Positions 41,432 to 51,692 of a stretch of DNA of 62,076 nt are shown piece after piece. This stretch comes from an uncultured Erysipelotrichaceae bacterium (GTDB lineage Bacteria > Bacillota_I > Bacilli_A > RFN20 > CAG-826). The notes under the pieces were generated by a model. It ran no database searches. It was not told the origin of the DNA and worked only from the letters and a program-made list of their open reading frames with translations. The stretch spans positions 188,907-250,982 of the forward strand of contig CADCFC010000001.1 in the NCBI GenBank assembly GCA_902800645.1. Direction: 5' to 3'. How positions within the stretch are numbered: position 1 is the stretch's first letter; each line of letters starts with the position of its first letter. The position numbers and the translations under genes are program-made.

Positions 41432-43266
41432 TAGTCGCTCTCCACCATTTCATATCCTTCAATGATGTCATTTTCTTTAACATCGTTAAAGTTTTCAATT
41501 AACATACCACATTCAAAGCCAGCCTTAACTTCCTTGACTTGGTCTTTTTCTCTTTGTAAAGAAGCAAGTTTACCAGTAAAGACAACAACACCATCACGAA
41601 TAACGCGTACTAAGGAATTTGCTTTAATTACTCCGTCAGTCACCATACATCCGGCAATTGTTCCGATTTTAGAAACTTTGAACAATCTTCTAATCTCTGC
41701 TTGACCAGTAACTTTTTCAACGAGTTCTTTTTTAAGCATGCCTTTCATCGCTGCTTGAATTTCTTCAATTAAAGCGTAGATGATGTTATGTAATCTAATT
41801 TCAACTTTTTCTTCTTCCGCTTTTGCTCTTGTTTTAGCGTCAGGTCTAACGTTAAAGCCATAAACAATAGCCTTAGAAGCGCTGGCCAAAAGGATATCAC
41901 CTTCAGTAATCGCACCACTGGTAGCACGAATAACATTAATCTTAATGTTATCAGTGTTAAGTTTTTCTAAAGATGACTTAACTGCTTCAGCACTACCTGT
42001 GCTATCAGCTTTAATAATGACATTAATTGTTTGAACTTCACCAGCTTTAGACATATTGAATAAGTCTTCTAAGCTAGCCGCACTACTCTTATTCTTTTCT
42101 CTAGCTTCTTTAAGTTGTTTACGTTTTAAAGCGATGGAACGAGCTTCGCTCTCTTCAGAGAAGGCCATAAAATGATCTCCTGCTTCAGGAACTTCAGCTA
42201 ATCCAATAACACTTACTGGAGTTGAAGGAGTAGCAACAGAAAGAACTTTCTTAAATTCATTAGTCATTCTTCTCGCTTTACCATAAGAAGAACCTACGAC
42301 TAAGTAGTCACCTTCTTTTAAGGTACCGTTTTGAATGAGCAAGGTTGCCTTTGGGCCTTCGTTTTTATCGAGTTTAGCTTCAAGAACTGTGCCTAAAGCG
42401 TATCGATCTGGGTTAGCTTTGAGTTCGCTCATTTCACTAACTAAAAGAATTGCTTCGAGTAAGCCATCAATGTTTTGTTTCTGCTTTGCAGAAATTTCCA
42501 CCATGATGTTTTCTCCACCATATTCTTCGGCAACGATTTCGTGCGCCATAAGTTCATTTTTAACTCTAGAAGGATCGGCCCCTGGTTTATCGATTTTATT
42601 AATTGCGACAATGATAGGAACTCCAGCGCTCTTAGCGTGATCGATAGCTTCGATTGTTTGAGGCATAACCCCATCATCAGCGGCGACCACTAAAACAACG
42701 ATATCAGTAACAGAAGCACCACGACTTCTCATCGCAGTAAAAGCTTCGTGACCTGGAGTGTCAATAAAGGTAATTTTTTGACCTTTGATTTCTTTTTGAT
42801 AAGCACCGATTTCTTGAGAAATACCACCGACTTCTCCGGCGACGAGGTTAGAATTTCTAATCGCATCGATTAAGGTAGTCTTACCGTGATCAACGTGACC
42901 CATAATTGTAACAACTGGAGGACGTGGTTTAAGTTTAGAAGGATCGTCATTAATGACGACATCTTCAAAGTTTTCGGCAGCAACAATCACTTTTTTCTCA
43001 AAGTCATAACCGAATTGTAAACAAACTAATCCGATTAATTCATCATCGAGAATACTATTGATAGTTATCATTTTTCCTTGCATAAAAAGGAATTTGATAA
43101 TGTCTGCAACTGGAACATTAAGTGCTTTAGAAAGCTCGGCAGTAGAAATCGCACCGGTATAAACAAATTTACCACCATTAACTTTGGTCTTTGTTTTATC
43201 AGCGCTTACTTTAGTGGAAACATTAGTTTCTCTTTCAAATGTTTGCTTGTTCTTTCCCATTGTCAT
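41431..43266 (-). CDS. infB: Translation initiation factor IF-2 (short N-terminus)
   Basis: RPPVVTIMGHVDHGKT, DTPGHEAF, DDGVMPQT, NKID. Confidence 0.98.
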   Translation of the reverse strand: MTMGKNKQTFERETNVSTKVSADKTKTKVNGGKFVYTGAISTAELSKALNVPVADIIKFLFMQGKMITINSILDDELIGLVCLQFGYDFEKKVIVAAENFEDVVINDDPSKLKPRPPVVTIMGHVDHGKTTLIDAIRNSNLVAGEVGGISQEIGAYQKEIKGQKITFIDTPGHEAFTAMRSRGASVTDIVVLVVAADDGVMPQTIEAIDHAKSAGVPIIVAINKIDKPGADPSRVKNELMAHEIVAEEYGGENIMVEISAKQKQNIDGLLEAILLVSEMSELKANPDRYALGTVLEAKLDKNEGPKATLLIQNGTLKEGDYLVVGSSYGKARRMTNEFKKVLSVATPSTPVSVIGLAEVPEAGDHFMAFSEESEARSIALKRKQLKEAREKNKSSAASLEDLFNMSKAGEVQTINVIIKADSTGSAEAVKSSLEKLNTDNIKINVIRATSGAITEGDILLASASKAIVYGFNVRPDAKTRAKAEEEKVEIRLHNIIYALIEEIQAAMKGMLKKELVEKVTGQAEIRRLFKVSKIGTIAGCMVTDGVIKANSLVRVIRDGVVVFTGKLASLQREKDQVKEVKAGFECGMLIENFNDVKENDIIEGYEMVESD

Positions 43267-43535
43267 TACCTCTTTTCTTCACTTAATATCTGGATTAATT
43301 CGTCGTAAATAGAATCTTTAACGTCACTTTCAAGTGCTTTAGAAAAAGCGTGACGTTTTTTTGCTTCTAAAATTACTGAAATTTCCTTTTTGATGTAACA
43401 TCCTCTTCCCATCATATTTTGATTTAAATCAACCTTTACTTCTTTATTAGAGATAACAACACGAAATAGATTTTTCTTTTCATGCTTTTCTCTACTAATA
43501 ATACAAGTGCGAATTATAGGAAGGGTTTTATTCAT
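43266..43535 (-). CDS. ylxR: YlxR/RnpM-family RNA-binding protein
   Basis: RTCIISREK, GRGCYI; between nusA and infB. Confidence 0.88.
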   Translation of the reverse strand: MNKTLPIIRTCIISREKHEKKNLFRVVISNKEVKVDLNQNMMGRGCYIKKEISVILEAKKRHAFSKALESDVKDSIYDELIQILSEEKR

Positions 43536-43554
43536 AATAATTTAATTAATTAAA

Positions 43555-45216
43555 TTAGTCTTCGTCGTAATATTGATCATATTCATCGTAATCAATATCT
43601 TCATCATCTCTTTCGACACTCTCTTCGTTCTCTTCTTCCTCGAGTTCTTTGAGTTCTTCTTCAGTATAGATAGACATACGTGGTCCATCAGCGTGAGTAA
43701 TAACTGGAGCGTCGTTTTCTTTCTCTTCGGTTTTCTTTTTACGTTTTGAATAAGATGATTTCTTTTCTTTCTTAGAAGAATCTTCTTCAAGAGCTTTTTC
43801 TAAAGATTCAAGAGTTGTTGTGGTCTTAACAGAAGTAGATGGAGCAGCTTTTTCTTCTTTAACTGGTTCTTCCGCTTTTACTTCTTCACTAACTTCCTCC
43901 TTCTTCTCTTCAACTGGTTTAGAAATTTCTTCGCTTTCAGCGACTTCTTCTAAGGCTGTATCAAAGTCATTGGATTCGTCTTCATAATTACGTTCTTGAG
44001 GAGCAACATATCCTTCTGGTAATCCTGGGAGGACTGTTTCTTCTTTATTTTGATATACAAGAGCTTCTCTTTGAGCTTCCATGACTCTTCTTGCTCTTTC
44101 TTCCATATCAAGAGAAGAGAGTTCTTCAAATGTTTGAAATTCAAGACCTTCGTTAAGGGCGTCACTTTCGATCTTGATATCGATGTTATAGCCAGTAAGC
44201 TTAACCGCTAAACGGGCGTTAACACCTTTTCTACCGATTGCTAAAGATAAGGAGTCGTCTTTAACAACAACAACGGCAGACTTATTTTCTTCATCAACTT
44301 TAACACCAACTACACGAGCAGGTTTTAAAGCTTCCATGATGTATAGGCCAGCGTTATCTTTATAGCTGATAATATCAATCTTTTCTTTAGAAGAACCATT
44401 TCCAAGTTGAGAAACAACTTTTTGGATTCTACTACCATTAGGACCAATACAGGCGCCTGCTGGATCAACATTAACATCATTAGAATAAACGGCAACTTTA
44501 CTTCTTTCGCCAGCTTCTCTAGCTAAAGCTTTAATAATAATCGTGCCATCATATATATCGTGAATTTCATCGGTCATTAATGCCTTTAAGAAACCTTCAG
44601 AAGCACGGGAAACGACAATATGCGCTCCTTTTGTGCCGGTTGCGACATCATTAACGAATAATTTGATATTTTCACCAATCGCGAATTTTTCATCTTTAAT
44701 CATTTCTTTTCTTGGTAGATAAACAGAAGTTCTTCCAATATTAATAGAAGCACCACGGTCATCATATTGTTCCACTCTACCAGTGATTAAAGTATTGATT
44801 TTATCTTTGAATTGTTCGTGAAGGATTTCTTTTTCTGCTTCGGCGAATTTTTGTTTCATTAAGTTTTTAACTGTTAAAACAATCGCTTTACGAAGTTCAT
44901 CAATATTCGCATAGATTCTAAACTCATCACCAACTTTATATTTCTTACTTGGATCGAGTTCGTGCGCATCTTCTGCTGAGATTTCTAATAAATCATCTTC
45001 AACGTCAGCGACGACGTTTTTGATTTGATACATTTCAATAACACCTTTTTCGAGGTCGATATTGACATTCACTAAAGCATCATCACCACCAACGCTCTTC
45101 TTAAACGCCTTGGTCATAGATTCTTTAAGTGATTCTAATACGCGCTCTCTTGAGATGCCCTTATTAATCTCAATTTGCTCAAGCGCTGCATTAATTTCGT
45201 TTACATTAATAGCCAT
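43555..45216 (-). CDS. nusA: Transcription termination factor NusA with long acidic C-terminal extension
   Basis: AREAGERSKVAV, GACIG, LSLAIGRKGVNARLA. Confidence 0.97.
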   Translation of the reverse strand: MAINVNEINAALEQIEINKGISRERVLESLKESMTKAFKKSVGGDDALVNVNIDLEKGVIEMYQIKNVVADVEDDLLEISAEDAHELDPSKKYKVGDEFRIYANIDELRKAIVLTVKNLMKQKFAEAEKEILHEQFKDKINTLITGRVEQYDDRGASINIGRTSVYLPRKEMIKDEKFAIGENIKLFVNDVATGTKGAHIVVSRASEGFLKALMTDEIHDIYDGTIIIKALAREAGERSKVAVYSNDVNVDPAGACIGPNGSRIQKVVSQLGNGSSKEKIDIISYKDNAGLYIMEALKPARVVGVKVDEENKSAVVVVKDDSLSLAIGRKGVNARLAVKLTGYNIDIKIESDALNEGLEFQTFEELSSLDMEERARRVMEAQREALVYQNKEETVLPGLPEGYVAPQERNYEDESNDFDTALEEVAESEEISKPVEEKKEEVSEEVKAEEPVKEEKAAPSTSVKTTTTLESLEKALEEDSSKKEKKSSYSKRKKKTEEKENDAPVITHADGPRMSIYTEEELKELEEEENEESVERDDEDIDYDEYDQYYDED

Positions 45217-45227
45217 AAATACACTCC

Positions 45228-45686
45228 TTAAAATTTAATTGCTAAACGAATTTTATATATATTATTAAATAATATAACTATTTCTTTTACTCTGGTTTTA
45301 ACTCGGTATTCAAGAATAAAACTATCATCTTTAACTTCTTTAATTGTTCCTTCAAAGATGTTTTCTCCGTTAATCGCGTTATTAACGTGAACATTCACAT
45401 AACGATTAACGTAATCTTTTAAGGATTCAATTTTTAATGGTTTCTCCGCTCCTAAAGAAGAGATATCAAGCATATAAGCCTCATTACTATCATCAATATT
45501 ATCGAGATATGCGCTTAATTCATTAGTGACTTCAACAATCATATTCATATCGATTGGTTCAACCTTATCAATAACGATAGAAAGAATGTTTTCGCCTTTC
45601 TCGTTTCTTTTAGTAATTGAAACTGGTTCATATCCTAAAGAAACAATTTTCTCTTCAAGTAAGCTTTTGATTTTAGTTAAATCCAT
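45228..45686 (-). CDS. rimP: Ribosome maturation factor RimP
   Basis: YMLDISSLGAEKPL; first gene of the nusA-infB operon; start set at ATG 45686 behind AAGGAAGG. Confidence 0.92.
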   Translation of the reverse strand: MDLTKIKSLLEEKIVSLGYEPVSITKRNEKGENILSIVIDKVEPIDMNMIVEVTNELSAYLDNIDDSNEAYMLDISSLGAEKPLKIESLKDYVNRYVNVHVNNAINGENIFEGTIKEVKDDSFILEYRVKTRVKEIVILFNNIYKIRLAIKF

Positions 45687-45699
45687 GAGCACCTTCCTT

Positions 45700-45732
45700 A
45701 AAAATAAAGAGCGGCACTAGGCCACTCTTATT
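45700..45732 (-). promoter_or_regulatory. rimP leader attenuator hairpin
   Basis: AAGAGTGGC-CTAGT-GCCGCTCTT then TATTTTT immediately upstream of the rimP SD. Confidence 0.65.
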
Positions 45733-45817
45733 CAGAGTAATTTTACGTTTATTGCTAAACGCATAATTATATTATTTGAATATAAATCTTAAATCAACCA
45801 CTTTTTTAAAAATATTA

Positions 45818-46798
45818 TTAACCTATCTGCTTTCTATTTCTGAAGAAGTTATAAATAAGGGCAATTATTAACGGGCAAATAATCGAAATAGGAATAACAA
45901 TATAATTCACATAGGTAACGTTTAAATAAGAATAAATCAATTGCATGAATAATCGATGAGATAGATATAGAAATAATGGCCCACTTTTTCCGAATAGAGA
46001 ATATAATCTTTCTCCTAAAATGAACTTTGGATTTTTGATCGAATAAATGAAACAAATTGAGGCGAGTAAAATAGAAGACAAATAGAATTCATTCACTTTG
46101 GAATGTAAATGTAAATGCATATAGGCTTCTAAAGAGCCGCTTATAAAAAGAAGAACAACTAAAATAATAAATAATAAAGTGGGAATATTTTTAATATTCT
46201 TTTCATGGTCATAAAAATAAGTGCCAAGTAAAAAACAAGGTAAACCGGTGAAAATAAAATTCCTTGTCACATGGGGGTCACTAAACACTCCAAAATCATA
46301 TATTCCCGCGATTAATCTAAAGACATAAATGTTAATTAAAATAACACTAGGAATAATAATCATGTATTTAGATTCATGAATCCACTTAATCTTATAAATG
46401 AATGGAAAGATTAAATAGCAAAGGATCAAAGCGATAGTAAACCACAAAAAACTAGTTTTCGGTTTATAAACATTAAAAAAATTAATAAAGCTAGTTGGAT
46501 AACTACCAAATTTAGAAATATTAATCGGAATAAAAATCGCACAATAAATAGCGAAAGTAACTATCGAAATAATCAATAATCTTAAGCATCGAAATAAAGT
46601 GTCTTTCTTATAGGAATAATCACTTTTAGCGAGCGTTTTATTATAAAAATAACTAGACAAAATAAAGAAAAAGATGACCGTTCCTCTTCCTAATGAGTCA
46701 AAATAAAAATCACCACTTTTAAATGAAGCGTGAACAAAGACCACTAATACCGCAAAAAATAGTTCAAAGAAATAAAGTCGATAATTAATCTTTCTCAT
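45818..46798 (-). CDS. Acyltransferase-3 family membrane O-acyltransferase
   Basis: VLVVFVH, FFFILSSY, FLWF, FLLG, LYLSH; about 10 TM helices. Confidence 0.75.
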   Translation of the reverse strand: MRKINYRLYFFELFFAVLVVFVHASFKSGDFYFDSLGRGTVIFFFILSSYFYNKTLAKSDYSYKKDTLFRCLRLLIISIVTFAIYCAIFIPINISKFGSYPTSFINFFNVYKPKTSFLWFTIALILCYLIFPFIYKIKWIHESKYMIIIPSVILINIYVFRLIAGIYDFGVFSDPHVTRNFIFTGLPCFLLGTYFYDHEKNIKNIPTLLFIILVVLLFISGSLEAYMHLHLHSKVNEFYLSSILLASICFIYSIKNPKFILGERLYSLFGKSGPLFLYLSHRLFMQLIYSYLNVTYVNYIVIPISIICPLIIALIYNFFRNRKQIG

Positions 46799-47661
46799 TT
46801 GTAGATGTTAATAACTTTACTATGGCCATTTTTTGAATATTTATCACTAACCCCTTCTTTAAGGAGATTTTCTTTTATGTGTAGCGAACTATCCCCATAA
46901 CGGAGTAAGCAGAATTCTTTAATGTTATTAAAAGAGTATATTTTCTTTCCATAAAAGTCATATTCCTTAAACGGATAAATAACTTCTTTTGGGAACGCTA
47001 AAGAGTGGACCATATATTTTGGGTGTTCTTGGAAAGGGATAATAACTGTTTGACTAACATAATCACTATCTCTATATTTTTCGGCGACCATCCTTTCGTG
47101 TTTCCTTAAAGAAGATCGAATTCTTTTCGGATTAAGATGTAAGAAAGCATCTAAAAAGATGTATAAAGGCATTAATAATTTGGATTTTTTTATGAGTTTA
47201 CGGTGCTCTTTTATATTAGAAGGAACGCCCATAAAGAAACATATATCAACAAATATTCCCCTATCTTTAGTGTGATCAGGAAGAGTAAAGCGGTTCTTCT
47301 CTTTGATAGAAGAGTGTTTATATCTAATCTTGATCGCTGGGATAAGGGGATTATATCTTTTATTGACCATTTCACAGTCAAGCGTATAGTCATCGCTTAA
47401 ATCTTTTTGGCACGCATTTACAAAACGCTCATAATCAAAATATGAGATAACAATATCTCCATCATCATCCCATGGGATGATTCCGTTAAAATTATATAGT
47501 CCAAGAGCACTACCAAACGCTAAAGCATAGGGAATGTCATTTTTTCGACAAATACGGTCAATTTCAAAAATAATTTTCTTTACCACCTCGTGGACTTGAA
47601 AATTATCTATCTCTTCTTTTTTATCGTTATGACCAAGAATAAATCTTTGATTATTATTCAT
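46795..47661 (-). CDS. LicD-family nucleotidyl/phosphotransferase
   Basis: FGSALG...GIIPWDDDGD, FVDI, F..Y.F...LRYG. Confidence 0.9.
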   Translation of the reverse strand: MNNNQRFILGHNDKKEEIDNFQVHEVVKKIIFEIDRICRKNDIPYALAFGSALGLYNFNGIIPWDDDGDIVISYFDYERFVNACQKDLSDDYTLDCEMVNKRYNPLIPAIKIRYKHSSIKEKNRFTLPDHTKDRGIFVDICFFMGVPSNIKEHRKLIKKSKLLMPLYIFLDAFLHLNPKRIRSSLRKHERMVAEKYRDSDYVSQTVIIPFQEHPKYMVHSLAFPKEVIYPFKEYDFYGKKIYSFNNIKEFCLLRYGDSSLHIKENLLKEGVSDKYSKNGHSKVINIYK

Positions 47662-48746
47662 TAGTGAAATGGATTGACAATTATTTTGCCGTCAAGGCAC
47701 ATAACTTCTGTAGTCTTAGCTTTCGCTAACCAGTTGCTGCCTCTTCTCACTTTTTTCCATTCATCTTTAGATCCACTATAATTGATTCTTTCTAACTCTA
47801 CACAGTTAAAGAAACAATTAGCGCCGATATCAGTGACAGTTTTTGGAATAGAAACAACTTTAAGTTTTAAACAATTAGCGAACGCTCCATTACCAAGTTT
47901 GGTGATATTTAATGGAATATTAGCAACGATTAAATTTTGGTTCTCACTAAAAGCGTGGCCACCAATGGATTCGATATTACTAGGAATTGTTGAACTTCCT
48001 TCATATTTCACTTTTGTAATTTCATGAACTTTTGAAACGTGTTCAATAGTAGGATTTTCATCATGATATTCAAGTTCATCTTCTGGAATTGAATCCTTAA
48101 AATTAGCTTGATAGAGAATAGAGATAATAATTAATAAAACGAGATAACCAGCAGAGATATAGAAGAATGTCCATATATTTAAGCGGTTTCCTGCGAGGAA
48201 CGCTTGACTATTAGCGAAGCCGAAATACACAACGAGATAGCTTAATGCTATAAGTAAAGAAATAACAAATGATAAAGAAGCAAACACTCTCACCATTCTA
48301 TTGCTCTTCAAATAACCTCTAATGATGTGAACGATAAATGTGATCATCAAAACAAAAGAGAAGACAAATAAAATTCCGATTAATAAAGCAGCAATCAAGT
48401 TAAAGTAAGGAACCGCTACATAAATTACATTTCCACTATAATCAGGAGTAATTAATGCGGTTAAAAGTAGATTGATACTAACCGCTGGTTGACCAAAAAT
48501 CTTCTTCATGAATTCGATGCCGTCTTTAGCGAGATCAAGTCCACTAAATTTCATATATGGGTTAGGGATTAACGCTCCTGCTTCAGTTAAGGTCTCTAAT
48601 TGACCAAGAGTAAGAAATAAATAAACTAAAGGAGCGCCAACTAAGGCCAAAGTAAAAATCGCATAAAAAATATTAGCGACGCTATGAGGATGGTTAACTT
48701 TCCAGCCGTTAACTTCTTTAACCTTTCTAAGATTTTCTTTTCCCAT
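47661..48746 (-). CDS. Membrane protein (about 4 TM) with C-terminal BspA-type leucine-rich repeats
   Basis: Hydrophobic segments then IPSNIESIGGHAF, ITKLGNGAFANCLKL, IPKTVTDIGANCFFNCVEL, C-cap YSGSKDEW...CLDG. Confidence 0.8.
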   Translation of the reverse strand: MGKENLRKVKEVNGWKVNHPHSVANIFYAIFTLALVGAPLVYLFLTLGQLETLTEAGALIPNPYMKFSGLDLAKDGIEFMKKIFGQPAVSINLLLTALITPDYSGNVIYVAVPYFNLIAALLIGILFVFSFVLMITFIVHIIRGYLKSNRMVRVFASLSFVISLLIALSYLVVYFGFANSQAFLAGNRLNIWTFFYISAGYLVLLIIISILYQANFKDSIPEDELEYHDENPTIEHVSKVHEITKVKYEGSSTIPSNIESIGGHAFSENQNLIVANIPLNITKLGNGAFANCLKLKVVSIPKTVTDIGANCFFNCVELERINYSGSKDEWKKVRRGSNWLAKAKTTEVMCLDGKIIVNPFH

Positions 48747-48795
48747 TAATGTTTCCTATCTTTACAATTATCACATACAAGCAATAATTATTAAA

Positions 48796-49575
48796 TTATT
48801 TTTTAAAGCCGCGCTCAATAGCTTGAGCTTCTAGCTTATTAGCTAGTTCAACGTTTTTGCTAATGGTAGTACCATTACGATAATATAGTGAGAGATTATA
48901 TAAACATCTCGGTTCAAATAAGTTAGCACCAATCTCATAATATTTTCTGGCGAGATTAAAATCTTGTTTTACTCCTAGCCCTTTTGCATAACATAGTCCT
49001 AAGTGATAAATAGAATCCAGGTTTTTAAGATCGGCACCAATACTAAAATATTTAAACGCCTTTTCATAATCAGCTTTTGCGTAATATAGTTTAGCAAGAG
49101 ATTCAGCGCTACTTTTATCGCCGAGTTCTATTGCTTTTTTAAGTAAGTCAATCACTTTATCATCATCTTTTTCCACTATTTCTCCTTTTGAGTACAGAGA
49201 AGCTAATAATTTAATTGAGGGGATGTGATCTTTATTAATTCCGCTATCAATATAATGTTTAGCTAAAAGCAAATCATTTTCGTTAATAGCAATTAAAGCA
49301 AGATTATATCCGCTATCAATATCGCCTAAAGCAAGACTTTTAGAATATAGAGATTTTGCTTTCTTTAAATTAATATCTGTTCCGATTCCCTTCATATAAA
49401 AAGAAGCGATATATTTGTACCCTTTTTTAGAAGATATGAATTCTAATTTTTGGGCAGTTAAATACGCCATATCTTCTCTTCTATTTTGAAGATAGTAATT
49501 GCTCAATGAAATAATTGCTTCTTCATTGCCGATAGAAGCCTTTTCTTTAAGGGAATCAAGTTCATACTTTTCCAT
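48796..49575 (-). CDS. Sel1/TPR repeat protein
   Basis: YMKGIGTDINLKKA, LGLCYAKGLGVKQDFNLA, YYRNG. Confidence 0.88.
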   Translation of the reverse strand: MEKYELDSLKEKASIGNEEAIISLSNYYLQNRREDMAYLTAQKLEFISSKKGYKYIASFYMKGIGTDINLKKAKSLYSKSLALGDIDSGYNLALIAINENDLLLAKHYIDSGINKDHIPSIKLLASLYSKGEIVEKDDDKVIDLLKKAIELGDKSSAESLAKLYYAKADYEKAFKYFSIGADLKNLDSIYHLGLCYAKGLGVKQDFNLARKYYEIGANLFEPRCLYNLSLYYRNGTTISKNVELANKLEAQAIERGFKK

Positions 49576-49637
49576 ATTATTAATTTTATATTTTATAAAA
49601 TTAAATGTAAATAAAAAATAAGAATCTTTTTTGATTC

Positions 49638-50267
49638 CTATCTAATTAATTCGTCGAGAGAATAGATTGTTATTTCACAAAGATTTCCATGTTCATGATT
49701 ACGATCTATTAAGACTGGAGTAACCTCTGCGTTAACCGCGCTTTTCATATCATCAGGTGCGTCGCCAACATAGCAGCACCCTTCTATATTTTTGCCGAGT
49801 AATTCTAGCCCTTTTAAAATTGGGTCTGGATATGGTTTATGTCTTTTAGTGGCTTCATTACCAATAACTACACTAAATAAAGATGAATCAAGTCCGATAA
49901 AATTCAAAACCTCTAGAACGTGTTTCTTACTGTTAGAAGTTACAATACCTAGTGTTTTACCATTTTTACGTAATGTTTCTAACACTTCTTTGACTTCTTC
50001 ATAAGTTTTGGTGGCTTTTAAAACATCTGGATCATCGAGTAATCTCACAATCTCATCGCCAAAGATTTTTTTACTCTCTTCATCAACTGGTCCGTTTAAT
50101 TCTTGATAGCCAACATAAAGTGGGCATCTCATTAGTCTTAATGTATATCCTTCAGGAACCTTCACTCCAACTTTAGAATAAGCACCAGAAAAAACTTTCA
50201 CTAATGATTCGTATGAATCAACAAGTGTCCCATCAAAATCAAATAAATAAGTATCAAAACTTTTCAT
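49638..50267 (-). CDS. HAD-family hydrolase (Gph/PpaX-like)
   Basis: FDFDGTLVDS, IVTSN, HKPYPDP, VGDAPDD. Confidence 0.92.
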   Translation of the reverse strand: MKSFDTYLFDFDGTLVDSYESLVKVFSGAYSKVGVKVPEGYTLRLMRCPLYVGYQELNGPVDEESKKIFGDEIVRLLDDPDVLKATKTYEEVKEVLETLRKNGKTLGIVTSNSKKHVLEVLNFIGLDSSLFSVVIGNEATKRHKPYPDPILKGLELLGKNIEGCCYVGDAPDDMKSAVNAEVTPVLIDRNHEHGNLCEITIYSLDELIR

Positions 50268-50360
50268 CCTGGATAATCTTACCGAAAAGAAGAGAAAAGA
50301 TAAACAAAAATATAATTACTATTGAAATTATATGTATGGGTAAGTAGAATTATGGGCGTT

Positions 50361-50867
50361 ATGAAAATGAAACTTGCGATTTTTGTCTATTGTGTAATAT
50401 GTAACATACCTGTATGTTTCTTCCTTTGTTTAACCTCTTCAATCATCGGTAATTCAACATTTGAAGCAGGCGTATTAACAATCGCACTAAACCAAATCAA
50501 TTGGCTCAACATGCTCTATAATTTCTTAATCGGCTTTACAATTGCGATGGTTGTTGGAACCTGTGTTCCATTAACAAAAATTGGAAGATGGTTCACTAAT
50601 CTCTTCCACGTTAAAAACGATACATATACCGGCAATATGCCATATCGTTTACTTGCAACGTTAATTATTACTCTTATCTATTACGTCGCTATTACTCCTG
50701 CCTTAACCGTATTCAATTATTTGATAGGCGTATACACCACTCCAGGACAAGCTGGATTATCAATGCTATTCAATCTTCCAATCATGTTACTCGTCGGATT
50801 CGTCTCTTCACTCATTAATGACGTAGCCGCTTATCGAGTAGCGCATATGATTGATGCAGAATTCTAA
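50361..50867 (+). CDS. Hypothetical membrane protein (4 TM)
   Basis: Four hydrophobic segments, followed by a terminator; start uncertain (ORF track begins at 50322). Confidence 0.65.
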   Translation: MKMKLAIFVYCVICNIPVCFFLCLTSSIIGNSTFEAGVLTIALNQINWLNMLYNFLIGFTIAMVVGTCVPLTKIGRWFTNLFHVKNDTYTGNMPYRLLATLIITLIYYVAITPALTVFNYLIGVYTTPGQAGLSMLFNLPIMLLVGFVSSLINDVAAYRVAHMIDAEF

Positions 50868-50875
50868 AGAATAAC

Positions 50876-50902
50876 AAAAAACTGGGAAGCCCCAGTTTTT
50901 TT
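50876..50902. terminator. Bidirectional intrinsic terminator
   Basis: AAAAAACTGGG-AAG-CCCAGTTTTTT between convergent genes. Confidence 0.8.
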
Positions 50903-50922
50903 GTAACTAAATTATTAGTAAT

Positions 50923-51588
50923 TTATTTGACTAAAAATGTCACGACCACCATCGCTGAAGCAACTACGCTCGCGGTAATTGGTGAATAGATAATCTTTTT
51001 AACGTTATCAAAATTCCAATTATATTTTTGAGCGAGTTTAACTCCACCATATAAAAGTGAGCCAAATGCAAATGTATAAAGAATTGCAATTGCATTAATC
51101 ATGAAGACGTATTTCTCAATGTTGGCGGTAATGGTTGCCATAGAAGCAGTAGTAACATTAACTCTAATAAATGTTGAAAGAGTTAAATACATCGTATTAG
51201 CAAAGATAAATAATCCTAGTCCTTTAAAGGATAAGAGTTCTTTTGGTCTAAAGACGAATAGAGCAACTCCCATGCAAAGAGCTTCCATCAAGATGTAATA
51301 AGCAGGATTAAATGACATGTGGAATACCGCGCAACTAATCGCTTTAATACCAGCAGCTAACACTCCCATATATAATACAGATCTAAATGTACCGCTTCTT
51401 TTATAGCACGCTCCCATAAGCATGAAAGCGATTGGCACTAAGATAACTGAATTAGATACGTACATCCCTGCCATTTTCACCATTGGCAAGTGTAAAAATG
51501 TGCCGAGAGTCGCTTCAATAATTCCCCATAGTCCACCAAAAAGAAGGACAGTAAATAAAAGTTTGAGTGGTTGATATTTCTTTTCCAT
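50923..51588 (-). CDS. Six-TM membrane protein, possibly a solitary ECF S-component-like transporter
   Basis: FGGLWGIIEATLGTFLH motif, ~220 aa, about six TM helices; function is inference. Confidence 0.55.
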   Translation of the reverse strand: MEKKYQPLKLLFTVLLFGGLWGIIEATLGTFLHLPMVKMAGMYVSNSVILVPIAFMLMGACYKRSGTFRSVLYMGVLAAGIKAISCAVFHMSFNPAYYILMEALCMGVALFVFRPKELLSFKGLGLFIFANTMYLTLSTFIRVNVTTASMATITANIEKYVFMINAIAILYTFAFGSLLYGGVKLAQKYNWNFDNVKKIIYSPITASVVASAMVVVTFLVK

Positions 51589-51660
51589 ACAAATTCTCCA
51601 ATTCTAATCGTTATTTTAGTATAAAAATCTCACTCGGTTAACAGTAAATTTAACTCTCGC

Positions 51661-51692
51661 ACGCGCGGTCATTAACCTTGAATGACGCGCGT
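51661..51692. repeat. GC-rich intergenic inverted repeat
   Basis: ACGCGCGGTCATT-AACCTTG-AATGACGCGCGT, 12-bp arms with one bulged base, between divergent promoters. Confidence 0.7.

Noticed and set aside
41431-43535. Short IF-2 N-terminus and absence of ylxQ (L7Ae)
   Set aside because: Common in reduced Bacilli/Mollicutes-like genomes; not distinctive
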